Assembly (NCBI GenBank): GCA_963592185.1
Contig: CAVAVT010000004.1
Span: 15-64,014, forward strand
Direction of reading: 5' to 3'
Source: a bacterium
GTDB taxonomy: Bacteria; Bacillota; Negativicutes; Selenomonadales; Selenomonadaceae
Length of the DNA stretch: 64,000 nucleotides
The position numbers and the translations under genes were made by a program. Below the pieces are notes generated by a model. The model had not been told where the DNA came from and ran no database searches. It saw nothing but the letters and a program-made list of their open reading frames with translations. The first letter of the stretch is position 1, and each line of letters opens with the position of its first letter. Shown here one piece after another: positions 39,372 through 49,026 of the stretch.

Positions 39372-41726
39372 TTAGTTATTTTTCTCTGCAGCTGCATTGA
39401 TATCCTCAATAGAAGTCTCAACCTCTTCCATTGTGTAGGCCTCAATGATATCACCTGCACGGAAATCACGGTAATCTTTAATGGTAATTCCGCATTCAAA
39501 TCCGGAAGCTACTTCCTTCACATCATCCTTGAAACGGCGAAGTGAATCAAGCTCTCCATCGAATACTTCGATATTGTCACGGACAATACGAATCTTGGAA
39601 TCACGGGTAATCTTGCCTTCAAGAACATAGGAACCAGCAACCAAAACCTTGTTGAAGCTCATAACCTGACGGATTTCAACCTTGCCCAGCTGAACTTCCT
39701 TGTACTTAGGTGCAAGCATACCTGTCATAGCAGCCTGTACATCGTTCATTACGTCATAGATTACACGGTAGGTGCGTATATCAACCTGTTCATTATCTGC
39801 AACCTTACGGGCATTTGCATCCGGACGTACATTGAACGCAATGATAAGAGCGTTGGATGCTGAAGCCAGCATAACATCGGACTCATTAACGGCACCTACA
39901 CCAGAGTGAACGATGCTTACACGAACCTCGTCATTCTTATTAAGCTTCAGGAGGGAGCTGGAAAGTGCCTCTACAGAGCCCTGTCCATCAGCCTTGATAA
40001 CGATGTTGAGATCCTTAATGCTTCCTGCCTGAATCTGCTGGAAGAGGTCGTCCAGAGATACCTTTTTGGAGCGGATAAGCTCGTTGCGCTTGCGCTCAAT
40101 ACGCTTTTCAGCAATCTGGCGTGCAAGTTTCTCGTCCAATGCTGCAAGCTCATCACCGGCATCTGGAACATCATTAAGACCAAGTACCTCTACAGGAACG
40201 GAAGGACCAGCCTTCTTCACATTCTCTCCACGGTCGTTGACCATTGCACGAACCTTTCCGTAGGTAGTACCAGCAAGAATGGAATCACCGATTCTAAGGG
40301 TACCGTTCTGTACAAGAACAGTTGCTACAGGACCACGGCCCTTGTCCAGCTGTGCCTCTACGATTACACCACGGGCGGAACGCTTCGGATTTGCCTTGAG
40401 TTCCCTCATCTCAGCTACGAGGAGAACCATTTCCAGAAGGTCGTTAATACCGATTTTCTGCTTTGCAGAAATAGGAACCATAATGGTGTCTCCGCCATAT
40501 TCCTCAGGAATAAGCTCATACTGCATGAGTTCTTCCTTTACATGGTCAGGATTTGCACCAGGCTTATCGATTTTGTTGATAGCAACAATGATAGGCACAC
40601 CTGCGGACTTTGCGTGGTGGATAGCCTCGATGGTCTGGGGCATAACACCGTCATCTGCTGCAACTACGAGAATTGCAATATCTGTTATCTGTGCACCACG
40701 TGCACGCATTGCGGTAAATGCCTCATGTCCAGGGGTATCAAGGAATACAATCTTCTTGCCGTTGCAATTTACCTGGTATGCACCGATGTGCTGGGTGATA
40801 CCGCCGGCCTCCTGAGAAGTTACAGAAGTCTTGCGGATGGAATCCAGCAATGAGGTCTTACCATGGTCAACATGGCCCATTACAGTAACAACAGGAGGTC
40901 TGAGACCAAGCATCTTGGGATCATCATCTACCTCAGGAATCTCTGTAGGATCAACCTCTGGCGGCAGCTCTTCACAGGTTACGCCAAATGCATCCGCAAC
41001 CAAGGAAGCTGTATCAAAATCGATTTCCTGGTTGATGGTAGCCATTCCGCCCAGTGCAAACAACTTTCCGATTACCTCTGCAGCAGTGCGGCTCATCTTG
41101 CTTGCCAAATCCTTAACAATGATGGTTTCACCAATCTTTATATGTGTAGGACGTGCAATCTCTGCCTTTGGAGCCTGCTGAGGCTGGTTGCGGTTCTTCT
41201 TGTTATTGCGGTTGTTACGGTTCTTGCCGCCGTTAAAGCCGCCATTGAATCCGCCCTTGCCATTACGGTTGCTGCGGTCATTTTTTCCATTTCCGTTATT
41301 GCGGTCATTGCGGTTGTTGGAATTGTGTCCGCCAGCCTGCTGAGGTCTGTTTCCCTGCTGACCGTTGTTATGGTTGTGCTGAGGCTTGCCATTGTTCTGC
41401 GGTCTGGAATTGCTGCGCTGTTCCCCATTGGCAGGTCTCTGAACCTTTGCATGATCCTGGGTGGTCTTTGATGCGGTATCTGCATGTTTATGCACTGCAG
41501 CTGCCTTAGTTTCAGTTTTTGCCGGCTCCTGCTTCTTTACAGCTGGAGTTTCAGCCGCCGGCTTGCTCTTGTTGTACTTTTCGGAGATAAGCTTGGCTGC
41601 GCTATCATCCACAACTGACATATGATTCTTTATATTATCGTATCCTTTGCTCTTAAGAAAATTAATGATTTCCTTACTGTCTGCGTTATTTTCCTTCGCT
41701 AATTCATAAATTCTATGTTTAGACAT
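39372..41726 (-). CDS. infB: Translation initiation factor IF-2
   Basis: G domain 'GHVDHGKTS', 'DTPGHEAF' and 'NKID'. The ATG at 41726 follows a GGGGG RBS. The 13-aa upstream extension is rejected. Confidence 0.95.
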   Translation of the reverse strand: MSKHRIYELAKENNADSKEIINFLKSKGYDNIKNHMSVVDDSAAKLISEKYNKSKPAAETPAVKKQEPAKTETKAAAVHKHADTASKTTQDHAKVQRPANGEQRSNSRPQNNGKPQHNHNNGQQGNRPQQAGGHNSNNRNDRNNGNGKNDRSNRNGKGGFNGGFNGGKNRNNRNNKKNRNQPQQAPKAEIARPTHIKIGETIIVKDLASKMSRTAAEVIGKLFALGGMATINQEIDFDTASLVADAFGVTCEELPPEVDPTEIPEVDDDPKMLGLRPPVVTVMGHVDHGKTSLLDSIRKTSVTSQEAGGITQHIGAYQVNCNGKKIVFLDTPGHEAFTAMRARGAQITDIAILVVAADDGVMPQTIEAIHHAKSAGVPIIVAINKIDKPGANPDHVKEELMQYELIPEEYGGDTIMVPISAKQKIGINDLLEMVLLVAEMRELKANPKRSARGVIVEAQLDKGRGPVATVLVQNGTLRIGDSILAGTTYGKVRAMVNDRGENVKKAGPSVPVEVLGLNDVPDAGDELAALDEKLARQIAEKRIERKRNELIRSKKVSLDDLFQQIQAGSIKDLNIVIKADGQGSVEALSSSLLKLNKNDEVRVSIVHSGVGAVNESDVMLASASNALIIAFNVRPDANARKVADNEQVDIRTYRVIYDVMNDVQAAMTGMLAPKYKEVQLGKVEIRQVMSFNKVLVAGSYVLEGKITRDSKIRIVRDNIEVFDGELDSLRRFKDDVKEVASGFECGITIKDYRDFRAGDIIEAYTMEEVETSIEDINAAAEKNN

Positions 41727-41740
41727 CAATCTACCCCCGA

Positions 41741-42085
41741 TTACTTCTCCATAGCACCAATCCATTTCTCCAGGCCCTTTGCAAACCCGGTGTCAAGAAT
41801 CGCTGCAGCTGCCCGAAAATCTTTTCCCAGGCTGTGTCCCAGCTTTTCCCTTGTTAAAATACAATGAACAGGCACTCCATACTCCCCAGCCTTTTTCAAA
41901 TACTCGTCTTTAGTATCCTTTGCAGCATCCTCAGCTACAATAAGCAGGCTGGCCTTATTACTTTCTAAAGCCTTCATTACGGCGAAATTTCCTGACGCTG
42001 CCTTATTTGCCCGCTGAGCAAGTCCCAGCAGATTCAAAATCTTTTTTTCAGACAGCATACGTTCTATATCAAGCTTTGTGGCCAT
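41741..42085 (-). CDS. ylxQ: L7Ae/L30e-family RNA-binding protein (YlxQ-like)
   Basis: About 114 aa, located between ylxR and infB as in Bacillus. '[14 protein letters not shown]..' resembles the L7Ae fold. Confidence 0.8.
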   Translation of the reverse strand: MATKLDIERMLSEKKILNLLGLAQRANKAASGNFAVMKALESNKASLLIVAEDAAKDTKDEYLKKAGEYGVPVHCILTREKLGHSLGKDFRAAAAILDTGFAKGLEKWIGAMEK

Positions 42086-42365
42086 CGCTTATTCCTTCTG
42101 CTGTCATCAGCTCAGCCTTCAGCTTTTCATATATATCCTTGTCAATGGCACTCTTAAATGAACGTTCAAATCCATGGCCCTTGACAGCCTTTTCAAAGCA
42201 TTCCTGCTTACGGCATATATAGGCTCCACGTCCGGATTTCTTTCCGGTAAGGTCCATTGAAAAATCTCCCTCAGGGCTTCTTACAATCCTGATGAGTTCT
42301 CTCTTTGGATGGACCTCATGGCAGCCAATACACATGCGCTCAGGCACCTTTTTTCTGACAGCCAT
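42069..42365 (-). CDS. rnpM: YlxR/RnpM family protein (DUF448)
   Basis: 'KKVPERMCIGCHEVHPKRELIRIV' and 'GRGAYIC' signature. The ATG at 42365 lies 1 nt after the nusA stop. Confidence 0.85.
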   Translation of the reverse strand: MAVRKKVPERMCIGCHEVHPKRELIRIVRSPEGDFSMDLTGKKSGRGAYICRKQECFEKAVKGHGFERSFKSAIDKDIYEKLKAELMTAEGISDGHKA

Positions 42366-42366
42366 A

Positions 42367-43515
42367 TTACTCGACCTCGTCTCCAGAGGTATAGTTATCA
42401 TCTTCAAAGTCATTTATGATATCCATATCCTCATAGCCTTCAGCCTCAGCCTGGGATTCGCTCTTAATGTCGATTTTCCAACCTGTAAGCTTTGCAGCAA
42501 GTCTTGCATTCTGACCTTCCTTGCCGATTGCAAGTGAAAGCTGGGTATCAGGAACCACAACTCTGGAGATTTTCTCTTCTTCATTTGCGCTTACTGAAAT
42601 AACCTTTGCAGGGCTAAGAGCGTTGGCGATGTACTTTGCAGGATCCTCGTTCCACTTAACGATATCGATTTTCTCGTTGCGGAGCTCGTCTACAATAGCC
42701 TGAACACGAAGACCCTTATGACCTACGCAGGAGCCAACAGGATCAACAGCCTCATCAGAAGAATATACAGCAATCTTTGAACGCATTCCCGGCTCTCTGG
42801 CTACAGACTTGATTTCAACTATTCCCTCCTGAATCTCAGGAACCTCCAGCTCAAAGAGTCTCTTCAAAAGTCCCGGATGTGTTCTGGAAACAACAATCTG
42901 CGGACCCTTGGAGGTCTTTTTAACCTCTACGATAAACGCCTTTATACGCTCTCCATGCTGATATTCCTCTCCAGGAATCTGTTCGTTGGGACTGAGAACA
43001 GCCTCTGTGCGGCCAAGGTCGATAAATACGGTTTTCCCCTCGATGCGCTGAACAACACCTGTGATGATATCGCTTTCACGGTTGGAGAATTCATCATAAA
43101 TGATTCCACGCTCAGCTTCACGGATGCGCTGAACAACAACCTGCTTTGCATTCTGTGCTGCAACACGTCCGAAATCCGCCGGTGTAACCTCTATCTCGAT
43201 GGTATCACCCACCTCGTAGTCAGGGTTAATCTTGCGTGCTTCTGCCAGAGACATCTCAGTAACCTCATTTTCAGGCTCCTCAACGATATCCTTAATAGCA
43301 TACACGTGATATGCACCAGTTACACGGTCAAGGGATACTCGAACGTTCTGCTCTGAGCTGTTGCGCTTATATGCAGAAACCAATGCTGCCTCTATTGCAT
43401 CAAAGAGAACCTCTGTATCAATTCCCTTTTCCTGTCCTATTTCACGGAAAGCCTCCATGAATTCCTTTGCCTTGTTCTGTTCCTTTGATTTTGTCTTCAG
43501 TCTTCTAGTAGCCAA
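42367..43515 (-). CDS. nusA: Transcription termination/antitermination factor NusA
   Basis: N-terminal domain plus S1 plus two KH domains ('IGKEGQNARLAAKLTGWKIDI'). The TTG start lies 9 nt after AGGAGG. Confidence 0.95.
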   Translation of the reverse strand: MATRRLKTKSKEQNKAKEFMEAFREIGQEKGIDTEVLFDAIEAALVSAYKRNSSEQNVRVSLDRVTGAYHVYAIKDIVEEPENEVTEMSLAEARKINPDYEVGDTIEIEVTPADFGRVAAQNAKQVVVQRIREAERGIIYDEFSNRESDIITGVVQRIEGKTVFIDLGRTEAVLSPNEQIPGEEYQHGERIKAFIVEVKKTSKGPQIVVSRTHPGLLKRLFELEVPEIQEGIVEIKSVAREPGMRSKIAVYSSDEAVDPVGSCVGHKGLRVQAIVDELRNEKIDIVKWNEDPAKYIANALSPAKVISVSANEEEKISRVVVPDTQLSLAIGKEGQNARLAAKLTGWKIDIKSESQAEAEGYEDMDIINDFEDDNYTSGDEVE

Positions 43516-43541
43516 AATCCTAATCCTCCTATTCCTATATA

Positions 43542-43985
43542 TCAGAAATCTATGTGTAAACGCACCTGTGCAATCTTTTCAAGTGCAATACTTCTGTCTT
43601 CTAAAATAAGCTCGCTGTCGCTTTTACCCTCAAGTACGCCCACGATGAGCTTTTCTCCATCAATAGGTGCATAAAGCGTAACATCGACCTTTTTTCCCTT
43701 TTCACGGACAAAATCCTTATCTTTTTTCAAAACTCTGTCCAAGCCCGGGGAGGAAACCTCCAGTATATAACTATCCTGTATAATATCCTTTTTATCCAGG
43801 ACCTCTTCAACTTTTTCACTGAGCTGCTGGCAGTCATCTATCTCAATGCCGCCCTCCTTGTCAATGAATATGCGCAAATACCAATCATGCTCTTTGACGT
43901 ATTCTACATCCACAAGCTCAAGCCCGGTTCCCTGAAGAAATTCTTCAGCAATAGCCGCAACGGCTTCTTCAATTCGATTTGCCAT
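43542..43985 (-). CDS. rimP: Ribosome maturation factor RimP
   Basis: 'LELVDVEY...LRIFIDKEGGI..DDC' and 'LEVSSPGLDR' motifs. The ATG at 43985 follows GGAGG. Confidence 0.9.
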   Translation of the reverse strand: MANRIEEAVAAIAEEFLQGTGLELVDVEYVKEHDWYLRIFIDKEGGIEIDDCQQLSEKVEEVLDKKDIIQDSYILEVSSPGLDRVLKKDKDFVREKGKKVDVTLYAPIDGEKLIVGVLEGKSDSELILEDRSIALEKIAQVRLHIDF

Positions 43986-44026
43986 ATGACGCCTCCTTCT
44001 TCCCAATAATTTCAGATATAAATGTA

Positions 44027-44052
44027 AAGAGTGAGCTCGCGCTCACTCTTTG
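44027..44052 (-). terminator. Perfect 11-bp hairpin downstream of polC (weak U-tract)
   Basis: AAAGAGTGAGC-tcgc-GCTCACTCTTT. There is no strong U-run on either strand, so its function as a terminator is uncertain. Confidence 0.4.
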
Positions 44053-44118
44053 AAAAGCATCATCATTAATAATTCTTTAATAGTATACCACTATACAAGG
44101 ACAATGTAAAGCCTAAAC

Positions 44119-47100
44119 CTACATAAATAACGCCATTTGGTCACTTTCATCCATTCCAGCAAGACATCCATGACGACGAAGGGCGTCAATTGCTGTTCGA
44201 GACGCTCCAGTGCGTTTCTTCATATTCTCAATGGAGCTGAACTCTCCGTCCTTTCGTCCTTCGGCTATGGCATTGGCATCAGATCCGCCTATGCCGTTAA
44301 GGGATGTAAGGGGCGGAAGCAGCGATTTCTCATGAATAATGAATTTTGTCGCATCAGAATTGTAAAGGTCAACATGTTCCATGGTATATCCTCTAAGATA
44401 CATTTCCCATGCCAGCTGAAGAACAATCAATAATTCCTTCTCCTTGTCCTCCGGCTTATCCTTTGCCTCGATTTCCTGAATACGTTCATGAACATGCTCC
44501 TTGCCCTGGGCAATTATGTCCGCATCAAAGGCATCCGCACGAATAGAAAAATACGCCGCATAAAATGCTAATGGATAATGCACTTTGCAGAATGCTATGC
44601 GGTAGGCCATCATTACATACGCCGTTGCATGTGCTCTCGGGAAAAGATATTTTATCTTCTGACAGGCTTCAATATACCATTCCGGGATACCGCCCTTGCG
44701 AAGAATCTCCACCACATCGTCAGAGATTCCCTTTCCCTTACGAACCTTCTCCATGGTCTTAAAGGCCAAGAGAGGCTCTATTCCATTGTGGATGAGATAC
44801 ATCATTATATCGTCACGGGCGGAAATTGCATCGTGCAGTGTACACTGTCCATTTCTGATAAGTTCCTGGGCATTGCCCAGCCATACGTCAGTACCATGGG
44901 AAAAACCTGATATACGCACCAAATCACTAAAGCATGCCGGATGAGTATCATCTATCATCTGTCTTGTAAAGCTTGTTCTAAACTCCGGTATGCCGAAGGT
45001 TCCAGAATTAGCCCCCAGCTCCTCCGGTGTAACACCCAAAGCCTCGGTTGATGAAAAAATACTTAAAGTGGCCGGATCATCAAAAGGTATGGTCTGGGGA
45101 TCCCTATGAGTGAGATCCTCCAGCATCTTGATAACTGTCGGATCATCGTGTCCAAGTATATCCAGCTTTACAAGTCGGCTGCTGATGGAATGGTAATCAA
45201 AATGGGTGGTTATTGTGGCTGATGTCTTATCATCCGCCGGATGCTGTATCGGGGTAAAGAAGTGCACATCCATATCCCTTGGAACTACCATGATTCCAGC
45301 AGGATGCTGGCCAGTGGTGCGCTTTACGCCCTGACAGCCCCTTGCCAGCCTGTCGATGTACGCCTCACGCTTCTTTATGCCCTTTTCCTCAAAAAACTTT
45401 TTCACATAGCCATATGCGGTTTTATCCGCAACTGTGGCAATTGTTCCTGCACGATACACGTTGTCCTTGCCGAAAAGCACCTCGGTGTACTTGTGGGCGG
45501 TGGGCTGATATACACCGGAAAAGTTTAGGTCGATATCTGGAACCTTGTCACCGTCAAAGCCCAAAAATACCGCAAACGGTATATCGTGTCCATCCTTAAC
45601 TAATGGTGTATCGCATACTGGGCATTTCTTATTGGGAAGGTCATATCCGCAGCCCACGGAACCGTCCGTTACAAATTCGCTGTATTTGCAATGAGGGCAT
45701 CTATAATGCGGCGGAAGCGGATTAACCTCTGTTATTCCTGTCATGGTAGCGATAAACGAGGAGCCTACAGAACCTCGTGAGCCTACCAAATAGCCATCGT
45801 CCATGGATTTTTTTACAAGTCTCTGGGCAATGAGATACAGCACGGAAAATCCGTGATTTATGATTGGCGTCAGCTCCTGAGTGAGCCTGTCAGTAACAAT
45901 CTTTGGAAGATTTTCTCCATAAAGCTCCTTTGCCTTGCCATAGGACATTTCACGTATCTCATCATCCGCTCCGGGAATCATGGGAGAATACAAATCATCC
46001 GGTATTGGCTTGAACTTCTCCACACTGTCACTTATCATTCTGGGATTTGTAATAACCGCCTCATGGGCCAGCTCTTCCCCAAGATATTCAAACTCCCGAA
46101 GCATTTCCTCCGTGGTGCGCAGATAAAGTGGGGGCTGAAGCTCCGCATCCTCAAACCCCTTGCCCTTCATTAAAATAGCTCGGTATATGGAATCCTCCGG
46201 ATTGAGGAAATGCACATCGCAGGTTGCCACAAGGGGCTTCTTCAGACGCTTTGCCAGCTCTGCAACCTTCAGGTTGATTTTTTTCAAATCCTCATCAGTC
46301 TGTATGTGTGGAAATTCCTCGCTACGGACCAAAAATTCATTATTTCCAATAGGCTGAATCTCCAAGTAGTCATAAAACTCGGCTATTTTCACAAGTTCCT
46401 CATCCGACTGTCCTGCCACAATAGCACGGATAAGCTCCCCGGCCTCACAGGCGGAGCCAACGATAATGCCCTCCCTGTACTCCTCTATAAGCCATCTTGG
46501 AAGCCTTGGCTGACGGTGAAAATAACGAAGATGGGAAATAGATACCATGTGGTAGAGATTTCTAAGACCTCGTGGATTCTTTGCCAGAAGGATGATATGG
46601 TTTGCACGCTTTTGTTCGTAGTCATCCCCAACCAGATACCCCTCCATGCCGTAGATAACCTTGATATCCAGCTTGCCATACTCCAGGGTATTCATTGCAT
46701 CTGGAAATGCCTGCACTACGCCATGGTCTGTTACAGCAATGGAATCCCATCCCCAACGGGCCGCAGTCTTTATCAAATCCTTCACTGACACCACCGCATC
46801 CATGTTGCTCATGTGGGTATGGGCATGGAGCTCCACACGCTTTACTTCCGCATTATCCTCACGAACTTTGGGTGTCAGCTTGCTGGCACTTCTTGCCATC
46901 ATTGTAAAATCATTGGAAAACTTGTCGAACTGAACCGAACCAAAAATCTTTAACAGCATTCCATCCTTCAGGCTTCCAAGAAGTGCCTCATATTCTTCTT
47001 TTTCCTTAATGAAGGTTTTGCATGTAATTCCATCTGAATCGTCAGCAAGATTAAATGTAATAAGATTTGTCTTTGCAAATTCAAAGCCCTTAACACCGGC

Positions 47101-47874
47101 AATATATCCAGAAAGAACAATATTTCTCGCTTCTCCATCCAAATCGCTGATAGAAACTGGGTCTCCCGATACACCCTTTCCAAAAAGCAAGGAGGTAGAA
47201 CCCTCTGGAACAGCCACTTTCCTTTCCTGCGGCTTTCCTGACGAGATAGATTTTTTTGCTGGCTCTCTTTCCGGCTTCTTTTCCTGAGCCGCCCGCACAG
47301 CCTGCCGATACTCCGGTGTCATATAAGCTTCCTGATCTGTAATCTGTGGAAGTACATCCCCTTCTTCATCCACCGCATTAAATTCAACCTGACAGCCATA
47401 CCCCAGCTTTTCTTCCATTGCCTTCTGCATAAGCTGAGGCACCGCATGGGCCCTTAAAAGCTCTCCAGCAAGACCTCCACGGACCTTCACTATGACATGA
47501 ATGCCATCTATTTCCTTTTCTGCATTAGAAAGAAGCAGTCTGAGCATGGGCTTCCCATTTGACACCTGAGCCACAAGCTCATTCCAGACCGCTTCTACAG
47601 ATTCCTCAAAGGCTGTTACATCCTGATAAAATTTCACTCCGGTAATATTGCATTTTTTACATATGTATTCCCCTGCACGGCCTAAAAGCTCCTGACCGAT
47701 AAGCTGCCTGGTCTCAAGCAGCATCTCCCAGGAATTTTCCTTTAGCGAAATCTCCACATGCTTAATGACACAGGCACGAAACATGTCCTTTTCCGCCCTG
47801 GACATTTCAAGCCCTTTTACCATCTGCCAGAAAACATTGCCTTTTTCGGGGATAATACAATACTTTTCCATCAT
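44119..47874 (-). CDS. polC: PolC-type DNA polymerase III alpha subunit lacking the internal DEDD 3'-5' exonuclease domain
   Basis: PolC N-terminal domain and OB fold. PHP 'VELHAHTHMSNMD'. Zn finger 'CPHCKYSEF..CPVCDTPL'. Palm motifs 'LVGSRGSVGSS', 'PDIDLNFSG' and 'TTGQHPAG'. Canonical position upstream of rimP-nusA. Only 1251 aa, and the PHP halves abut at '..YGMEGYLVGDDYEQKRANHIILLA..'. Confidence 0.9.
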   Translation of the reverse strand: MMEKYCIIPEKGNVFWQMVKGLEMSRAEKDMFRACVIKHVEISLKENSWEMLLETRQLIGQELLGRAGEYICKKCNITGVKFYQDVTAFEESVEAVWNELVAQVSNGKPMLRLLLSNAEKEIDGIHVIVKVRGGLAGELLRAHAVPQLMQKAMEEKLGYGCQVEFNAVDEEGDVLPQITDQEAYMTPEYRQAVRAAQEKKPEREPAKKSISSGKPQERKVAVPEGSTSLLFGKGVSGDPVSISDLDGEARNIVLSGYIAGVKGFEFAKTNLITFNLADDSDGITCKTFIKEKEEYEALLGSLKDGMLLKIFGSVQFDKFSNDFTMMARSASKLTPKVREDNAEVKRVELHAHTHMSNMDAVVSVKDLIKTAARWGWDSIAVTDHGVVQAFPDAMNTLEYGKLDIKVIYGMEGYLVGDDYEQKRANHIILLAKNPRGLRNLYHMVSISHLRYFHRQPRLPRWLIEEYREGIIVGSACEAGELIRAIVAGQSDEELVKIAEFYDYLEIQPIGNNEFLVRSEEFPHIQTDEDLKKINLKVAELAKRLKKPLVATCDVHFLNPEDSIYRAILMKGKGFEDAELQPPLYLRTTEEMLREFEYLGEELAHEAVITNPRMISDSVEKFKPIPDDLYSPMIPGADDEIREMSYGKAKELYGENLPKIVTDRLTQELTPIINHGFSVLYLIAQRLVKKSMDDGYLVGSRGSVGSSFIATMTGITEVNPLPPHYRCPHCKYSEFVTDGSVGCGYDLPNKKCPVCDTPLVKDGHDIPFAVFLGFDGDKVPDIDLNFSGVYQPTAHKYTEVLFGKDNVYRAGTIATVADKTAYGYVKKFFEEKGIKKREAYIDRLARGCQGVKRTTGQHPAGIMVVPRDMDVHFFTPIQHPADDKTSATITTHFDYHSISSRLVKLDILGHDDPTVIKMLEDLTHRDPQTIPFDDPATLSIFSSTEALGVTPEELGANSGTFGIPEFRTSFTRQMIDDTHPACFSDLVRISGFSHGTDVWLGNAQELIRNGQCTLHDAISARDDIMMYLIHNGIEPLLAFKTMEKVRKGKGISDDVVEILRKGGIPEWYIEACQKIKYLFPRAHATAYVMMAYRIAFCKVHYPLAFYAAYFSIRADAFDADIIAQGKEHVHERIQEIEAKDKPEDKEKELLIVLQLAWEMYLRGYTMEHVDLYNSDATKFIIHEKSLLPPLTSLNGIGGSDANAIAEGRKDGEFSSIENMKKRTGASRTAIDALRRHGCLAGMDESDQMALFM

Positions 47875-47942
47875 GAAACCTCTTTCTAAACCATTGCAAT
47901 AATTTTAACATAACCATGGTGAAAAAGGTATGGATTTGGAGA

Positions 47943-48896
47943 TTAGAATTTTCTTGAAGAGGAAAGCTTTTGTATAGCCAGAGGAACCACCACAAATATA
48001 TAAAAATTAATCATTCCATAGAACAGTATATTCGTAGTGACTTTTCCCAACACAGGCTTTGCAATTGCAGAGAAATACATACACCACAAAATCATTGGAA
48101 TAAATGCCACAATTGAAATTATTATCCCCTTAGTCTTATCTGAAGGATTCTCAAAGCCAATAAACTGTTTCTCAATAAACCAGGCAATCAGGGTAATTGC
48201 CATAACTCCCACAGAAACCAGCCCGTCAACAGACATTTTTACCGGATCCACTAAAAGCTTTCCATCCACATAATCTATTGGGTAGGGCTTGTACATGATA
48301 TACAGTCCGGAAAGTGCAATAATAATGAGTCCAAATACCAGCACCTTAATATCCCTTGTGGAATCTCCTTGCTGCATCCATTTAAAAAGCTTCATATTGC
48401 CAATAATGATAAGCAGCGAAATACCAAAACCAAATACAACATCCTGTGGAGTATGCACACCCAGATAGTTACGGGAAAGCATGACTAAAAGACCTAAAAG
48501 AATAAACATTGCTGTAAGCAAAAACTTTTTATGCTTGTGAGCCAGCACCGCAAAGCTTCCATAATATATCGCCGCCCTTGTACTATGTCCGCTGGGGAAT
48601 GAATACCCTGTAGCTGTCTTTATTGCATCCCCTGCCGGAGTTATTGCCGCATCACGAATCCATGGGCGATAAACGCAGGCTGTAAGCTTTGCTATTCCAT
48701 TAAACCATGAACAGAGGGCCGAATTCATCACCATCCATCCGCCTATAGACTTGCTGAAAGTCCAATAAATCAGCGCTATGAGAAACATCCATATAGGAGT
48801 TTCCACGGTCTTTGTCATAAAAAAGAAAAAAGGCGTAAGTACATTGTCTGTACTCTCTCTCAGCCCCTGTAAAAAAAGAAGATATTGCAAGTCCAT
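47943..48896 (-). CDS. PAP2-family membrane phosphatase
   Basis: Three PAP2 motifs: 'KLTACVYRPW', 'SFPSGHS' and 'SRNYLGVHTPQD'. Multi-TM. Confidence 0.8.
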   Translation of the reverse strand: MDLQYLLFLQGLRESTDNVLTPFFFFMTKTVETPIWMFLIALIYWTFSKSIGGWMVMNSALCSWFNGIAKLTACVYRPWIRDAAITPAGDAIKTATGYSFPSGHSTRAAIYYGSFAVLAHKHKKFLLTAMFILLGLLVMLSRNYLGVHTPQDVVFGFGISLLIIIGNMKLFKWMQQGDSTRDIKVLVFGLIIIALSGLYIMYKPYPIDYVDGKLLVDPVKMSVDGLVSVGVMAITLIAWFIEKQFIGFENPSDKTKGIIISIVAFIPMILWCMYFSAIAKPVLGKVTTNILFYGMINFYIFVVVPLAIQKLSSSRKF

Positions 48897-48974
48897 AGTA
48901 TCTCACCTTTCAAAATATAATTAACCACACACATACTATATTAACTTATCCATATATTTATTACACGGTTTTTC

Positions 48975-49014
48975 AAAAAAAGTAGCTATCTAATCTCAAA
49001 GAAATCAGATAGCT
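48975..49014 (-). terminator. Rho-independent terminator of the P-type ATPase gene
   Basis: AGCTATCT/AGATAGCT stem followed by U7 on the minus strand. Confidence 0.75.
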
Positions 49015-49026
49015 TACAGAAAAATT

